The position numbers and the translations under genes are program-made. A DNA stretch of 62,793 nucleotides, the filler included, from an uncultured bacterium (lineage in GTDB: Bacteria > JAGOEH01): NCBI GenBank assembly GCA_964632485.1. It is 2 parts of 2 records of this genome, joined end to end, with 100 filler letters (N's around TTAATTAATTAA, not from the genome) between each part and the next. Parts side by side here need not be neighbours in the genome. Positions count along the whole stretch, not along the records: positions 31,953 to 62,793 come from CAZWDO010000033.1; 1 more part is not named here. One strand, 5' to 3'. Every line of letters begins with the position of its first letter. Positions within the stretch are counted from its first letter, which is position 1. The notes under the pieces are model-generated. The model did not search any database and was not told where the DNA came from. It saw nothing but the letters and a program-made list of their open reading frames with translations. Positions 48,081 to 62,400 of the stretch are shown piece by piece.

Positions 48081-50504
48081 ATGCAACGAGATAGAAAGAG
48101 TATCCTTCTTGTTGAAGATGAATATTTAATCGCTTTGATGGAGCAGAATGAGCTTGAGGAAAGAGGATATATTGTTCATCGCGCTGAAAATGGAGATAAG
48201 GCAGTCAAAATTATTCTTGATGGAATCTTTCCAGCCGATTTGATCCTCATGGATATTGATCTTGGCGCTGGCATCGATGGGACCCAAGCGGCAGAAAAGA
48301 TATTGAACCTAAAGGATATACCGATCCTATTTTTGTCATCGCATACTGAGTTAGAGGTTGTGGAAAAAACAGAAAAGATTACTTCTTACGGTTACGTTGT
48401 TAAAAATACTGGTATTGTTGTACTGGATGCATCTATTAAGATGGCGCTGAAGTTGTTTGACGCGAAAATGGAGCGCCGTAAGGCGGAGGAGGCCTTGCGT
48501 TTGGACACTATGCGGCGCGAGCGTCAGGCAGCACTCATCGCCCAAATGGCGCTGAGCCGCCATCTGACTGAGGGAGATGTGCGAGAGTTTGTAGAGGAGT
48601 TGACCGAGTCGATTGCCCTGACACTCGAGATGGATCGTGTCAGTGTTTGGCTTTTTAGCGATGATGTCAGCGAACTGGTCTCTATCGACTTATATGAGTC
48701 TTCTTGTGCGCGTCATACTTCCGGCGTTGCGCTGAAAAGGCGCGAGTTCCAAAATGAATTTGAAGCGTTACTGATAGCGCCCTACGTAGATGCTCACGAT
48801 GCGTTGACCGACCCGCGTACGGCGGGATATGTCGAGAGCTATTTGAAGCCCAACCGCATCACTTCGATGTTGGATGTGTCTATTCGAATCGAGGGTCGCA
48901 GTCTCGGCGTCCTCTGCTTCGAGCATCTGAAAACCCCGCGCCGCTGGCGGGCGGATGAAATCAGCATTGCCCTCCAACTGGCGGACCAGCTTGCCCTGGT
49001 CATTCTCCATCGCGATCGCAAACAGGCGCAAGCTGAGATTGCGACACAGCGTGAACGACTGCGAAGTATCGCAGCGAACGTCCCGGGGGTTGTATATCAG
49101 TTTTACGCCTTGCCTACCGGTGAATATGGAATGACCTATGTGAGTGAACACGCCGCCGAAATGTTCGAATTTCAGGATGATATTGATACCTTTTTTACCC
49201 GGTTCGTTGACTGCGTCCACCCTGAGGATCGGAATGCTTTTATGACTTCAATCCAGGAGGTATTGGCAACCAACAGCCCGTGGCATTACGAAGGGCGATT
49301 TGTGAAACCTTCAGGAGGCATTCTCTGGTTTAGCGGAGCCTCAAACCCGATCCGATTGCCGGATAGGATCATATTCAATGGTTTGCTGCTGGACATTACC
49401 GAGCGTAAACTGGCGGAAGACGCTCTTCGCAGAAGCGATTCTCTCTTCCAGAGTATGCTGAGCGCGATTCCTGACATGGTCTCGGTTCATGATCGGGATA
49501 TGCGCATCGTTTACAGCAATTGGAACGGATTCGGCGCGATTTCCCCGGATTCGCGAAAAATCGGCGCGAAATGCCATCTTGCCTATCGTGGTTACGAGAC
49601 AATTTGCCCCGATTGCCAGGCAAGGAATGTCATCCGATCCAAGAAACCGTTCCAGTCGGAAGCAAAGCTGCCTGACGACAGGTGGGTGGACCTGCGAGTC
49701 ATTCCCATCCTCGATGAAAACGGAGAATGCAATCTTTTCGTCGAGTGGGTTCGCGATATAACCGAATCTAAGCGCGCGGTGGAGATAATTCGCGTCAATG
49801 AAGAGAATCTCCGTGTTACGCTCGATTCGATTGGCGATGCCGTAATCGCTACCGATATTGCCGGACGCGTGATGCGGATGAATCCCGTGGCCGAACGCCT
49901 CACGGGGTGGAAATCCAGCGAAGGTGAAGGCCGACTACTGTCGGAGGTCTTCAAAATCATCAATGCCCATAATCGTAAACCTGCGGAAAATCCCGTGTAC
50001 AGGGTACTTTCGTCAGGCGAGATCGTGGGTCTGGCTAATCACACGGTTTTGATCGGACGGGATGGAAAGGAATACCAGATCGCGGATTCAGTCGCTCTTC
50101 CCCGCTCGGCGGAGCCTGTCCGAGGCAAGGGTCTTATTCTGCTGGTGGATGACGAAGCAGTGATTCGGGCTACCGGGGAGGCCTTGCTGGAAGAACTTGG
50201 CTATGATGTGATACTCGCCGAGAACGGCAGGCTGGCTGTGGATTTGTTCCGCGACAGGGCCCAGGATATCAATCTGGTGATTCTCGACATGATCATGCCG
50301 GAAATGAACGGTCGCGATTGTTTCACGGCATTGAGAGCCATTCGTTCCGATATTCCTATCGCGCTCTCATCGGGGTTTACTCGCAGCGAAGACCTTGCCG
50401 ACCTTAAGCAGCGGGGATTGTCCGGTTTCATCCAGAAACCATTCTATAGTAGTGAGTTGAGCTGGGTCGTGGCGGATGCCATCGGTGGCCGAAGAAACCT
50501 CTGA
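48081..50504 (+). CDS. REC-GAF-PAS-PAS-PAS-REC signalling protein lacking a kinase core (probable internal deletion)
   Basis: Receivers at both ends and a GAF (DRVSVW..GVLCFEH). The last PAS stops at YQIADS and joins a REC linker. No H-box or HATPase. Confidence 0.8.
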   Translation: MQRDRKSILLVEDEYLIALMEQNELEERGYIVHRAENGDKAVKIILDGIFPADLILMDIDLGAGIDGTQAAEKILNLKDIPILFLSSHTELEVVEKTEKITSYGYVVKNTGIVVLDASIKMALKLFDAKMERRKAEEALRLDTMRRERQAALIAQMALSRHLTEGDVREFVEELTESIALTLEMDRVSVWLFSDDVSELVSIDLYESSCARHTSGVALKRREFQNEFEALLIAPYVDAHDALTDPRTAGYVESYLKPNRITSMLDVSIRIEGRSLGVLCFEHLKTPRRWRADEISIALQLADQLALVILHRDRKQAQAEIATQRERLRSIAANVPGVVYQFYALPTGEYGMTYVSEHAAEMFEFQDDIDTFFTRFVDCVHPEDRNAFMTSIQEVLATNSPWHYEGRFVKPSGGILWFSGASNPIRLPDRIIFNGLLLDITERKLAEDALRRSDSLFQSMLSAIPDMVSVHDRDMRIVYSNWNGFGAISPDSRKIGAKCHLAYRGYETICPDCQARNVIRSKKPFQSEAKLPDDRWVDLRVIPILDENGECNLFVEWVRDITESKRAVEIIRVNEENLRVTLDSIGDAVIATDIAGRVMRMNPVAERLTGWKSSEGEGRLLSEVFKIINAHNRKPAENPVYRVLSSGEIVGLANHTVLIGRDGKEYQIADSVALPRSAEPVRGKGLILLVDDEAVIRATGEALLEELGYDVILAENGRLAVDLFRDRAQDINLVILDMIMPEMNGRDCFTALRAIRSDIPIALSSGFTRSEDLADLKQRGLSGFIQKPFYSSELSWVVADAIGGRRNL

Positions 50505-50631
50505 ATTTTGTCCTGGAATAAAGAACACCGTCATTACTTAACCGGGAGATTATCTTTTTTTCCAAAACCGGACAGATCGAATTTTTCTCTAAATCTTTAG
50601 AGCTAACCAACTGATATTAAAGGAGTTAAAC

Positions 50632-51438
50632 ATGAATGAAAACGTCTGGTTCGCTTTTATATTGACATTGCTGGCCGGGTTGTCAACCGGTATTGGCAGC
50701 TTGATCGGTTTGCTCTCAAAAAAATTTAATCCCAAACTGTTGACTGTTTCGCTTGGGTTTTCAGCCGGCGTAATGATCTATGTTTCCATGATTGAAATCT
50801 TTGCAAAAGCAAAAGATGCCTTATCTCAATCTTTGGGAGAAAAAACCGGTTATATTTGGACCGTCATCGCATTTTTTTCCGGTATTGCGCTTATCGCCGT
50901 TATTGATAAAATTGTCCCATCTTACGAAAATCCGCATGAATTGAATGTCGCCGATAAAATTAGCAAATACTCGCAAAAGGAACAAGCTAAACTACTGCGC
51001 ATGGGCCTTTTCTCTGCTTTGGCCATAGCGATACATAACTTCCCCGAAGGATTGGCCACTTTTATGAGCGGATTGAACAATCCCACGCTGGGTGTAAGCA
51101 TTGCCCTGGCAATTGCTATTCATAATATTCCGGAAGGCCTGGCGGTTTCGGCTCCGATCTTCTATGCCACTAAAAGCCGCAAAAAAGCTTTTGTTTTGTC
51201 ATTTTTGTCAGGTTTTGCAGAACCCATCGGCGCTCTCTTCGGCTATTTTCTATTGCAATCCTTTTTTACGGTGGGGGTTTTCGGTTTTGTTTTTGCCTCG
51301 GTAGCGGGAATCATGGTGTATATCTCGTTAGATGAATTGCTTCCGACTGCGGAAGAATATGGCGAGCATCATATAGCAATTGGCGGGTTGATTTTGGGTA
51401 TGATGGTCATGGCAATCAGTCTGTTGCTTTTTGCCTGA
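50632..51438 (+). CDS. zupT: ZIP-family zinc transporter
   Basis: AGLSTGIG, HNFPEG, HNIPEG and DELLP motifs. Confidence 0.95.
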   Translation: MNENVWFAFILTLLAGLSTGIGSLIGLLSKKFNPKLLTVSLGFSAGVMIYVSMIEIFAKAKDALSQSLGEKTGYIWTVIAFFSGIALIAVIDKIVPSYENPHELNVADKISKYSQKEQAKLLRMGLFSALAIAIHNFPEGLATFMSGLNNPTLGVSIALAIAIHNIPEGLAVSAPIFYATKSRKKAFVLSFLSGFAEPIGALFGYFLLQSFFTVGVFGFVFASVAGIMVYISLDELLPTAEEYGEHHIAIGGLILGMMVMAISLLLFA

Positions 51439-51550
51439 ACGGATGATTTTTTATTTTGCATGGAAAAAATACAAAATCGATATCCATATTAATCGTTGAC
51501 TTTTTTATTGAATGGTTGAAATATTGCAAATGCATAGGAGAGAGGAATCC

Positions 51551-53081
51551 GTGAGCAAGAAAATTATCCATCGATATATGTTAGTGAATTGTTTCTTTTG
51601 TCTTGTATCGGTACTGATTTTTTTATCGCTAACCATTGACGGTATTAGCCAGAATAATGGTTTGTCCGATGATGTTAGGGAATTTGTCGAATATCTTGAA
51701 AAAGATGTGCCCCGCTTGATGCGCGCCTACAAGGTTCCGGGCGCTTCCTTTTCATTGATCAAACGTGGCCGGATTGTATGGGCTAAAGGCTTTGGCTATA
51801 AAAATAAAGAAAAGGAACTAAAAACGGATATCAATACGGTATACCAGGCGGCATCGAACACAAAAACCATTACCGCAGTGGCCATCATGAAACTTTATGA
51901 GGAAGGTAAAATTGATTTGGATGCCCCCTGTCGAAAAATATCTTACCCGCTGGCATCTCGCGCAGACAGGCTTTGATAACAATAAAGTAACCATTAGACG
52001 AATTTTGAGCCATACCGCCGGATTATCGCGAGAAGGTTATCCAGGTGTGGTTCCTACCGAAGAAATCCCTCCTGTTGAAGAGATTCTTACCGGGAAAAAT
52101 AAAGATAAACCCGATGTAAGGGTTATTATTGAGCCAGGAACTCGCTTTAAATATTCTGGAGGTGGATTCACATTATTGCAATTGGTCATTGAAGAGATTA
52201 CTGGAGAAAAATACACCGATTTTATCAAAAAGGAAATATTAATTCCCTTGGGAATAAACCAAAATACCGATTTTAATCTGACTCCCAAAATCGAGCATTT
52301 GGCCGCCACTGGTTATAATTCCAAGGGAGAACCGAATGACTGTTATTACTTCATTGAACCGGATGCTTGTGGTTCTTTAAGTACAAATGTTGTGGATTTT
52401 TCGAAAATTGTTCAAACATACATTACCAACACTGAAATTTTAAATAATAGTAATCGGATTGTCACAGCCAAGACGTTGGAATTAATGTACACCCCAATTG
52501 CCAAAATCGAAGGGATTATCGGTGCGGACAGTGTTGGTTTGAGTTTTTTTATGGAGACCCTGGACAATGGCGTGAAAATTATTAGTCACGGTGGAAGCAA
52601 TAAAGGATATAAATCCAATTTTTGGTTGGATCCAAAAAGTGGCGATGGTTTGGTCGTATTTACCAATAGCAGCAACGGCGAAGCCTTTTACAGTAATATT
52701 TTGTATAAATGGTCAAAATGGGAGTTTGGAGCAATACCTGCTCATATTAAGGCTTTGAATAAAAAATTTTTAATAATCGCATCTTTAGGCGTTTTTCTTA
52801 ATCTTCTATTTTTGATTTTGGTTTTTGGTTTTATTTGGCAATGCATTCAAAGGCGTAGAAAATTTGTTTATATAAGCAAGCAGAAAAGTGTTTCGAAAAA
52901 AGTTATAAGAGCAACGCTATCAATTATATTGCCCGCGTGCGCCATTGTTGTTTGGATGACCCGAATGCATGCAAATTTGGATTCTTTTGACCCTATTAGG
53001 GGATATTGGGTGAGCATTGGGGTTGTGTTATGTTGTATTGTGTTGATTTTAAATGGGTTGTTTTACAAGACAAAAAAATGA
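51551..53081 (+). pseudogene. Serine hydrolase (beta-lactamase class C-like) with C-terminal TM helices, frameshifted at C5 (51924-51928)
   Basis: The first frame has SxxK (ASNTK) and ends LDAP. The second frame continues VEKYL..LSHTAGL..YSGGG..HGG. Confidence 0.85.
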
Positions 53082-53245
53082 GTGTCTGGATGATTGCCGA
53101 ATCGGATTTTGGGCGATAATTCGTTGGTACGATTGACTTGTAGCCTGATAATGGTCGGGTGGACACCAACGGCTAAGGATGTTATATAGGGTATCGCTTT
53201 TAATGTTTAAATGAAACCTGTTCCCATAGTTGAAAGGAATATGTA

Positions 53246-55357
53246 ATGATTGAAAATCGTCATCGATTGGTATTCGCGCTTGTGACCCTGTCTTTTTTGT
53301 TTTCTCACTCGCTTATGTCAGTCAACGCGGACCAATCAGGCACCCCAAGGCGCGAAAGAGTAAAACTCAGAGCAACTTCGATTAATTCAATCCGGATCGA
53401 TCCCCAGGATTCCCCGGATTCATATATCCAATCCGCCATGGATCAGTATCATATTCCGGGCGTGGCGGCTTGCATCGTCAAGTCGGGAACGATCGCCTGG
53501 ACGGGTGTTTATGGCTATCGGGATTGGGAACAGAAGTTGCCGGCGGAAGAAAATACGCTGTTTATGATCGCGTCAGTTTCCAAGACCCTCACGGCCACGG
53601 CCATGATGAAGCTGTGGGAAGATGACTATTTCGAGTTGGATGACAATATCAACGATTATTTACCGTTCGAGGTGAAAAATCCATCGAATCCCACGACGCC
53701 GATTACGTTTCGCATGTTGTTGACCCATACCTCGAGTATCAAGGACAATGACAATCTGATGCCGTATTATTATGGCGAGGATTCGCCCATCGCTTTGGTG
53801 GATTATTTGCGGGACTATTTGTGGGTGAACGGCGCCGACTACAGCGCCAGCCGTAATTTTTCCTCTTCAAGACCCGGTACGCGATTCGATTACAGTAATA
53901 TCGCCATCGCGCTTGTCGGATACCTGGTCGAAACGATCAGCCATCAGGATTTTGCCGAATATTGCCGGCTTCATATTTTTCAGCCGCTGGGCATGAATGC
54001 GACTTCCTGGTTTCTGGCGGGTTTGGACACCACCATGATCGCCCGACCCTATCACTATCGGAATGGCACATACCGCTCCAGCGGCCATTTCGGTTATTCC
54101 GATTACCCTTCAGGTCAGATACGGACCCCGATTCGCGAGTTGGGCGCTTTTTTGGCCGCCTATATGAACGGCGGGATATATAACGGCGCCAGAATTTTGC
54201 AGCAAGCTACCGTCGATACGATTCTATCGTTACAGATCCCTCAAATCGACGATACGCAAGGATTGGTATGGTACTATGACCGCTTCGATGATCAATATTT
54301 GTGGGGGCACAATGGTGGCGACGACGGCGTTGAAACCGTTATGGAGTTCAATCCGACTACTTCCACCGGGGTGATTGTATTTCTCAACAGCGACAGCGAT
54401 GGCGTCGAGGAGATCATGAACGAATTGTTCCAATACGCGGAGACTATTACCGTTACCAATAACGCACCCACCGCGGCCATTAATCAGGTATCCGCGGATA
54501 CCCTGGAATTGGGCGCGGCGCTGACTGTAAGCGCAGTGGCGAGCGATGCCGAGGGTGATTCCGTATCGATGCGAATCGACTGGGGCGACGGTTCGGTTTC
54601 CGATTATGGGACGAAGAAAGCGAGTGGCGCCACGTTCGCCTGGCAGCACAGCTATGGCTTGGCGGGGAGTTTTGCGATCAAGGCGCGGGCGAAGGATAGT
54701 CATGACGCCGAGGGCGATTGGTCGGCGGTGATATATGTTGTCGTGAGCGAGCCGCAGCCTGTCAATCCGCCCCCGAGTGCCCGGATTGAGGGCAATCCGC
54801 CCGATTCGATCCTGGCTGGGGAACAGGTTACGGTATCGGCGGTGGCGAGCGATGCCGAGGGCGATTCCGTATCGATGCGAATCGATTGGGGCGACGGTTC
54901 GGTAACGGTATATGGCGCTATGAAACCCAGCGGCGAGACGTTCACCTGGCAGCATGCCTTTAATTACGTGGGCGATTTCAATGTCAAAGTAAAAGCCAGG
55001 GATAGTCATTTGGAACAAGGAGACTGGTCGGATTCTGTCCGGGTCCGCGTCATGAATGCCAGCGCCCTAACGGATCGGCAAGAATTGGAATCCGGCAGGC
55101 CCGCTTAGTATGGAAATTACCCCAATCCCTTCAGCGCTAACACGATGATCAGCTTTTTCCTCCCGGAACATCAATTCGCTGAGATATCCTTGTTCAGTCT
55201 TTCGGGAAGAAAAATAAAAATCCTTGCGGCCGGAATCCTACCGAAAGGTGTCCGGAATATTCGTCTGGATGGCCGTGATTTGAAATCGGGCTCCTATATT
55301 GTCAGCCTGAAAGCGGGAACTGAAATCTTAAGCCGAAAAATGGTGCTGATAAAGTAG
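53246..55357 (+). CDS. Serine hydrolase with two PKD-like repeats and a T9SS C-terminal domain; in-frame TAG at 55106-55108
   Basis: ASVSK, YSN and HNG motifs, and two IDWGDG repeats. After the TAG the same frame reads YGNYPNPFS..SGSYIVSL..RKMVLIK*. Confidence 0.85.
54532..54903 (+). repeat. Intragenic duplication (PKD-like modules), 306 bp apart
   Basis: GC(A/G)GTGGCGAGCGATGCCGAGGG(T/C)GATTCCGTATCGATGCGAATCGA(C/T)TGGGGCGACGGTTCGGT occurs twice. Confidence 0.9.
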
Positions 55358-55683
55358 CTTGTGGGGGGGATGGTTAGCGCGAATCGAACAATTGAATCCC
55401 AGGGAACGTGGATTCATCAATGGGAATGCCATTTCGATGAAGAATCGCTTCGGGATTGGGAATATGCCGGATGGGATTGAGCAAAAAAAGGTATCGCTCC
55501 GGAGAATTAATCGTTTTACTTCACGCCTTTTAGGTCGATCTTCAATTCATTTCCTCGCGTTGCCTGGTAAAATACTGGGGAAGACATGGCTGTCGGCCAT
55601 GGTCAAGGCGCCATAAATCAGGATGTTTTTTATTATTAGACATTTCTTGCAAATTGCACGCCTTGTCATTATATTATGGATAA

Positions 55684-57970
<2,287 letters not shown>

Positions 57971-57994
57971 TCCGGGAATCGATGTTTAATCCCA

Positions 57995-58036
57995 GTATCG
58001 GCTGGCGGCGCCATCCGCCCGCCGATACCGGCTTTT
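57995..58036 (+). terminator. Hairpin after katG
   Basis: GTATCGGC..GGCGG / CCGCC..GCCGATAC followed shortly by TTTT. Confidence 0.5.
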
Positions 58037-58063
58037 GGCGAGAAAAACTTACTTTGGAATCCT

Positions 58064-58849
58064 ATGAAACCGAAAAGCATATTTGACCCTGTTTTGATCA
58101 TTGGTGTTTTCTTGATCGCATTTTACGGATGGAATTGGCTGCCGGCCGCTGTCGGGTTGCCGGAGTTGTCCCCATTCTGGAAAATTGCAGGCTTCTATGT
58201 ATGGTGGGCGGCGCCATCGCTGTTGACAATCGGCTTTCGCTATGGATTTAGGAATATCCCCGGGGAAATCGGCATCGATCAGGGATTTTTGACCGGGCTG
58301 GCGTTTTCGGTCATTGTCGCGGCGCCGATGTTCATTAGTTCCGCGCTGGCTGGCCGCATCAGCGAGGATATGTCGCCGGGTTCGCTTTTTCATGAAACTT
58401 TTCTCGCGGGGTTTATGGAAGAATATCTATTCCGGGGTTTTCTATTCGGCCTTTTGTTCCGGAGATGCGGCTGGGGATTTATCCCCGCGGGAGTGTCAGG
58501 GGCGTTGATATTCGGATTGGGTCATGTTTATCAGGGAACTACGTTTGCCCAAACCCTGGGAGTCTTTCTCGTTACGGCCATGGGCGCTCTCTGGTTCGCC
58601 TGGCTCTATATCGAATGGGACGGGAATCTTTGGATCCCCATTTTCCTGCACAGTTTCATGAATCTTTCCTGGGGCTTGTTTGAAATGAGCGACAACGCAT
58701 TGGGAGGCTGGTACGTAAATCTGTTCCGCGCTATCACTATTGGTCTAAGCATTGTAATTACCATCCGGTATTATAAAAATCGCGGGTTGCGGATTCGTCG
58801 CCATACCCTCTTTTATGGTTTTCAATCCACGGCGCCGGAGAGAAAATGA
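58064..58849 (+). CDS. CPBP (CAAX/Abi-family) intramembrane metalloprotease
   Basis: EEYLFRG, FGLGH and HSFMN motifs. Confidence 0.9.
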   Translation: MKPKSIFDPVLIIGVFLIAFYGWNWLPAAVGLPELSPFWKIAGFYVWWAAPSLLTIGFRYGFRNIPGEIGIDQGFLTGLAFSVIVAAPMFISSALAGRISEDMSPGSLFHETFLAGFMEEYLFRGFLFGLLFRRCGWGFIPAGVSGALIFGLGHVYQGTTFAQTLGVFLVTAMGALWFAWLYIEWDGNLWIPIFLHSFMNLSWGLFEMSDNALGGWYVNLFRAITIGLSIVITIRYYKNRGLRIRRHTLFYGFQSTAPERK

Positions 58850-59146
58850 TATTTTCGAAGCAGCCGGATGCCTCGCGGTTATCGGAGGAGGATCGGGAAA
58901 TACTGCGCCGTATCGTGTCCGCTCTTGATGAAGTGGGTCTGCATTTGGACGGCGCGGATCGCGCGTATGGCCACTATAGTCCCTGGGAGGCGATCGCGCG
59001 TTTGGAAACGGATATCCACCGCCTCGCCGCTCGGCTTTCAGCGACGTCAATCCGATCTGTATGAACGGCTTTTGACATGTCGCAATCTGCAGGATTGGTG
59101 GGGGGGGCTGAAAGATGCCATTTGCCTCTTGCTCGATGGCAATTGA
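58846..59146 (+). pseudogene. Small hypothetical gene, possibly frameshifted
   Basis: ATGA-coupled to the CPBP gene. The 72-aa frame may continue in the overlapping frame (DLYERLLTCRNLQDWW..). Confidence 0.35.
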
Positions 59147-59440
59147 TGATCAGGGGCTGACGGATGAACTATATAACTCTGTTTTTACTGTTGGCGGCAT
59201 CTCGGCTGATGACAGGGTACGGCAATTTGTGGTTCGGCATAATTTCAAAGTTCCGCGATATTCCGATCTAATAAAAATAACTTGACAACTACTATCATTT
59301 TACTTATTATATTTATAAATTTGCGATAATATTGGATTTCAAATGTATTGACCAAGCGACAGCTATATATATATTTGAATATTTCTAAGCAATATGTCTC
59401 TGCTATATCCGATTGTAAGCGTACTTTTTGATAAAACTTC

Positions 59441-62400
59441 ATGGAAAGTGAGCGAAACATGATTGAGTTTTCCAGGCATATAAAATTAGATGAAAAATCA
59501 GACGCGCTATTCGCTCGAGAAATTGCTTCTGTAAATTTCAAACGCTGCAGGATATTGGTTCCTGTGCTGGCCGCGCTGTTTTCTCTGCTATTAGCGCTCG
59601 ATTTTTTCTATTATACTCACGGGAAATGGATCACCCAGGGCTATCGTGAGCTTTTTTATGTTCATTTAACGGGAGCTCTATTCCTGATTTCGCTGATTCC
59701 GTTGCTTTATTTCCGTTTTCCGAGCATAGAACTTATTGTATTACATAGGATAACGGTCATCGGTTTTTCATTTATCATGATCTTGACGTCAGTTTTTTCA
59801 TCGCTGGCCGATCAGTACTTGAACGGCCAGATATCGGCGTATGTTGTCATGGCATTCGGCCTCGGCGCCTCCATGCTGTTCCGAGTCAGGGAAAGCCTGG
59901 CGGCTTATGGAGCCGCCGCTTTGCTGTTCTTTGGTTTGTTGGGTCAGGTGCAAAACAGTTCCGCCATCCTCGCCAGTCATTACGTCAATGGCGGTATTCT
60001 GACAATCCTCGGTTGGGTGCTTTCGCGAATCATCTATGCCGGATACCGCCAGAATTTTATCAAAGAAATGCTGATTCGCGAACAACATGAAAACATTCAA
60101 GACCTCGATGAAAAAGTGCGCCATTCGGAAATGGAACGCCATCAGCTTTTTGAAAAGTCGCCTATCGGCATCTTCCGTTCGACAGTGGAGGGAGATGTGC
60201 TCATGGCGAATCCTTCATTGCTGGCATTCCTTGGCTATGATTCGTTGACGGATATTAACCGGATCGGGCTCGTCAATTTTTATGCGGATGCGGATGATCG
60301 AATTCGGTTTTGGGAGAAATTGCAGGCAGGCCCGGTGTCAGGTTTCGAGACTGCTTTCCGGGTCGACGGCGGTTCGGTAATTCAGGTGTCGATCAGCGGC
60401 TTTCTGGTGTACGGCAAGAACGGCGATCCTTTGTATCTGGAGGGAACCGTCGAGAATATAACGGAACGCAAACAAGCGGAGCTGGCCCTGCAGGCAAGCG
60501 AAGAGAAACTCAAACGGATTGTTGACAATTTGCCGCAGTTCATCTCGATATACGATCTAAACCTGAATCCTGTTTACATGAGCCCTTCCGTGTTCCAGAT
60601 GACCGGATACACGCCGGAAGAAAGGCTGAAGATGAAATTGGAGGAATACATAACTCCCGGGTATATTCGGGAGCTGCGGCGGGTCTTGCGGGACGCCCTA
60701 ACCCAGGAGAGAAGTCCGTTGCGAAATTTAAATCTGGTTATCACATTGGAGTTGGAATCGATCCGCAAGGACGGCTCTATCTTTCCCATGGAAGGCACTT
60801 TCACATTTTTGCGCAATGCCGACGGCGATCCTACCGGCATTTTGGCGCTTTCTGCCGATATCACCGCCCGCAAGAAAGCCGAGCAGGCAATCCGCGAGTC
60901 GGAACGGCGCCTGGCCGAAATCATCGATTTTCTCCCCGTCGCGACCTTCGTGATCAACAGCGACCGAGTGGTGACGGCATGGAATCGCGGCATGGAAGAG
61001 CTGACCGGGGCGCCCGCGGCGGACATGCTGGGCAAAGACGATTATGAATACGCAATTCCCTTTTATGGCGAAAGACGTCCGATTCTGATCGATCAGGTGT
61101 TTTTAAACTCGGATATCGAATCCGTTAAACAGAACTACAGCCAGGTGACGGTCAAAGGGGTCGTTTTAACGGGAGAAGCTTTCACCTCGAAGCTTGGTCG
61201 GAACGGAAAATATCTGGTGGCATCAGCCAGCCCGCTATTTGACGCCAACGGCCGAATCAACGGCGCGATTGAATCTATCCGCGATATCACGGAACTAAAA
61301 AGCTATGAAAATATGCTGAAAGACGCGAAGGAATCCGCCGAATCCGCCAACCGTTTGAAGAGTGATTTTCTTGCGAATATGTCGCATGAGATACGGACGC
61401 CGATGAATGCCATCATTGGGATGTCCCATTTAATGTTAAAAACGAATCTGGATACCCGGCAACGCGACTACCTGAGCAAGATCGACCGCGCAGGGCACAA
61501 CCTGCTCCAGATCATTGACGATATACTTGATTTCTCGAAAATTGAAGCGGGCAAACTCGATATGGAAAAAGCCCCTTTCCAGCTTGACGAAGTGATGGCC
61601 GACCTTTCTACGGTGCTCAGTGTGAAAGCCCAGGAAAAAGGCCTGGAATTTATTTTCGATACCCATCCCGACATTCCGAATCGGCTGATTGGCGACGCGC
61701 TGCGCCTGAATCAGGTATTGGTCAACCTGTGCAGCAATGCCGTTAAATTTACGGAAAAAGGCGAAGTCATTGTCTCGGCAAAGTTGCTTGAGAAGCTGGA
61801 AAAGAAAGTGAGAATCCTTTTTTCAGTATTGGACACGGGAATCGGCTTGGCGCCGGACCAGATCGAACGGCTGTTCCGATCTTTTTCCCAAGCGGATAGC
61901 TCGACTACCCGCAAATATGGGGGAACTGGGTTGGGTTTGTCCATCTCTCGCAAGTTAGTTGAAATGATGGGGGGAGCATTTAAGGTTGAAAGCGAATTGG
62001 GAAAAGGCAGCGTATTTTCCTTTGATGCGGTTTTTCTGATACAAGATAGCCAGGAGGCGCCCACGGTTAAATCTCATGTTGAATTTATCGGTAAGAAAGT
62101 TTTGATTGTGGACGACAACCAAAGCTGCCGCCAGATTTTTATGGAAATGTTGCAGCGCCTTGCCTTTCAAGCTGATGTCTGCGTATCGGGCGAAAATGCT
62201 ATCCGTGAAATTCGGAGGGCGTCTTCAGCCGGTAAACCCTATGAGCTGGTCTTCATGGATTGGAAAATGCCGGGAATGGACGGGTTGGAGGCCAGCCGGC
62301 AAATCGCGGCAGATCCCGCTATCGATAAAAAACCGACTATTATCATTGTGACGGCTTACTGTTCTGAAAAACTAATGGAGATGGTCGGTCAAGCCGGAAT

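Noticed and set aside
38601-55108. Alternative genetic code or pyrrolysine to explain internal stops
   Set aside because: The internal stops are of different types (TAA and TAG). TAG, TAA and TGA all end normal genes here, no pyl genes are in the window, and frameshifts co-occur.
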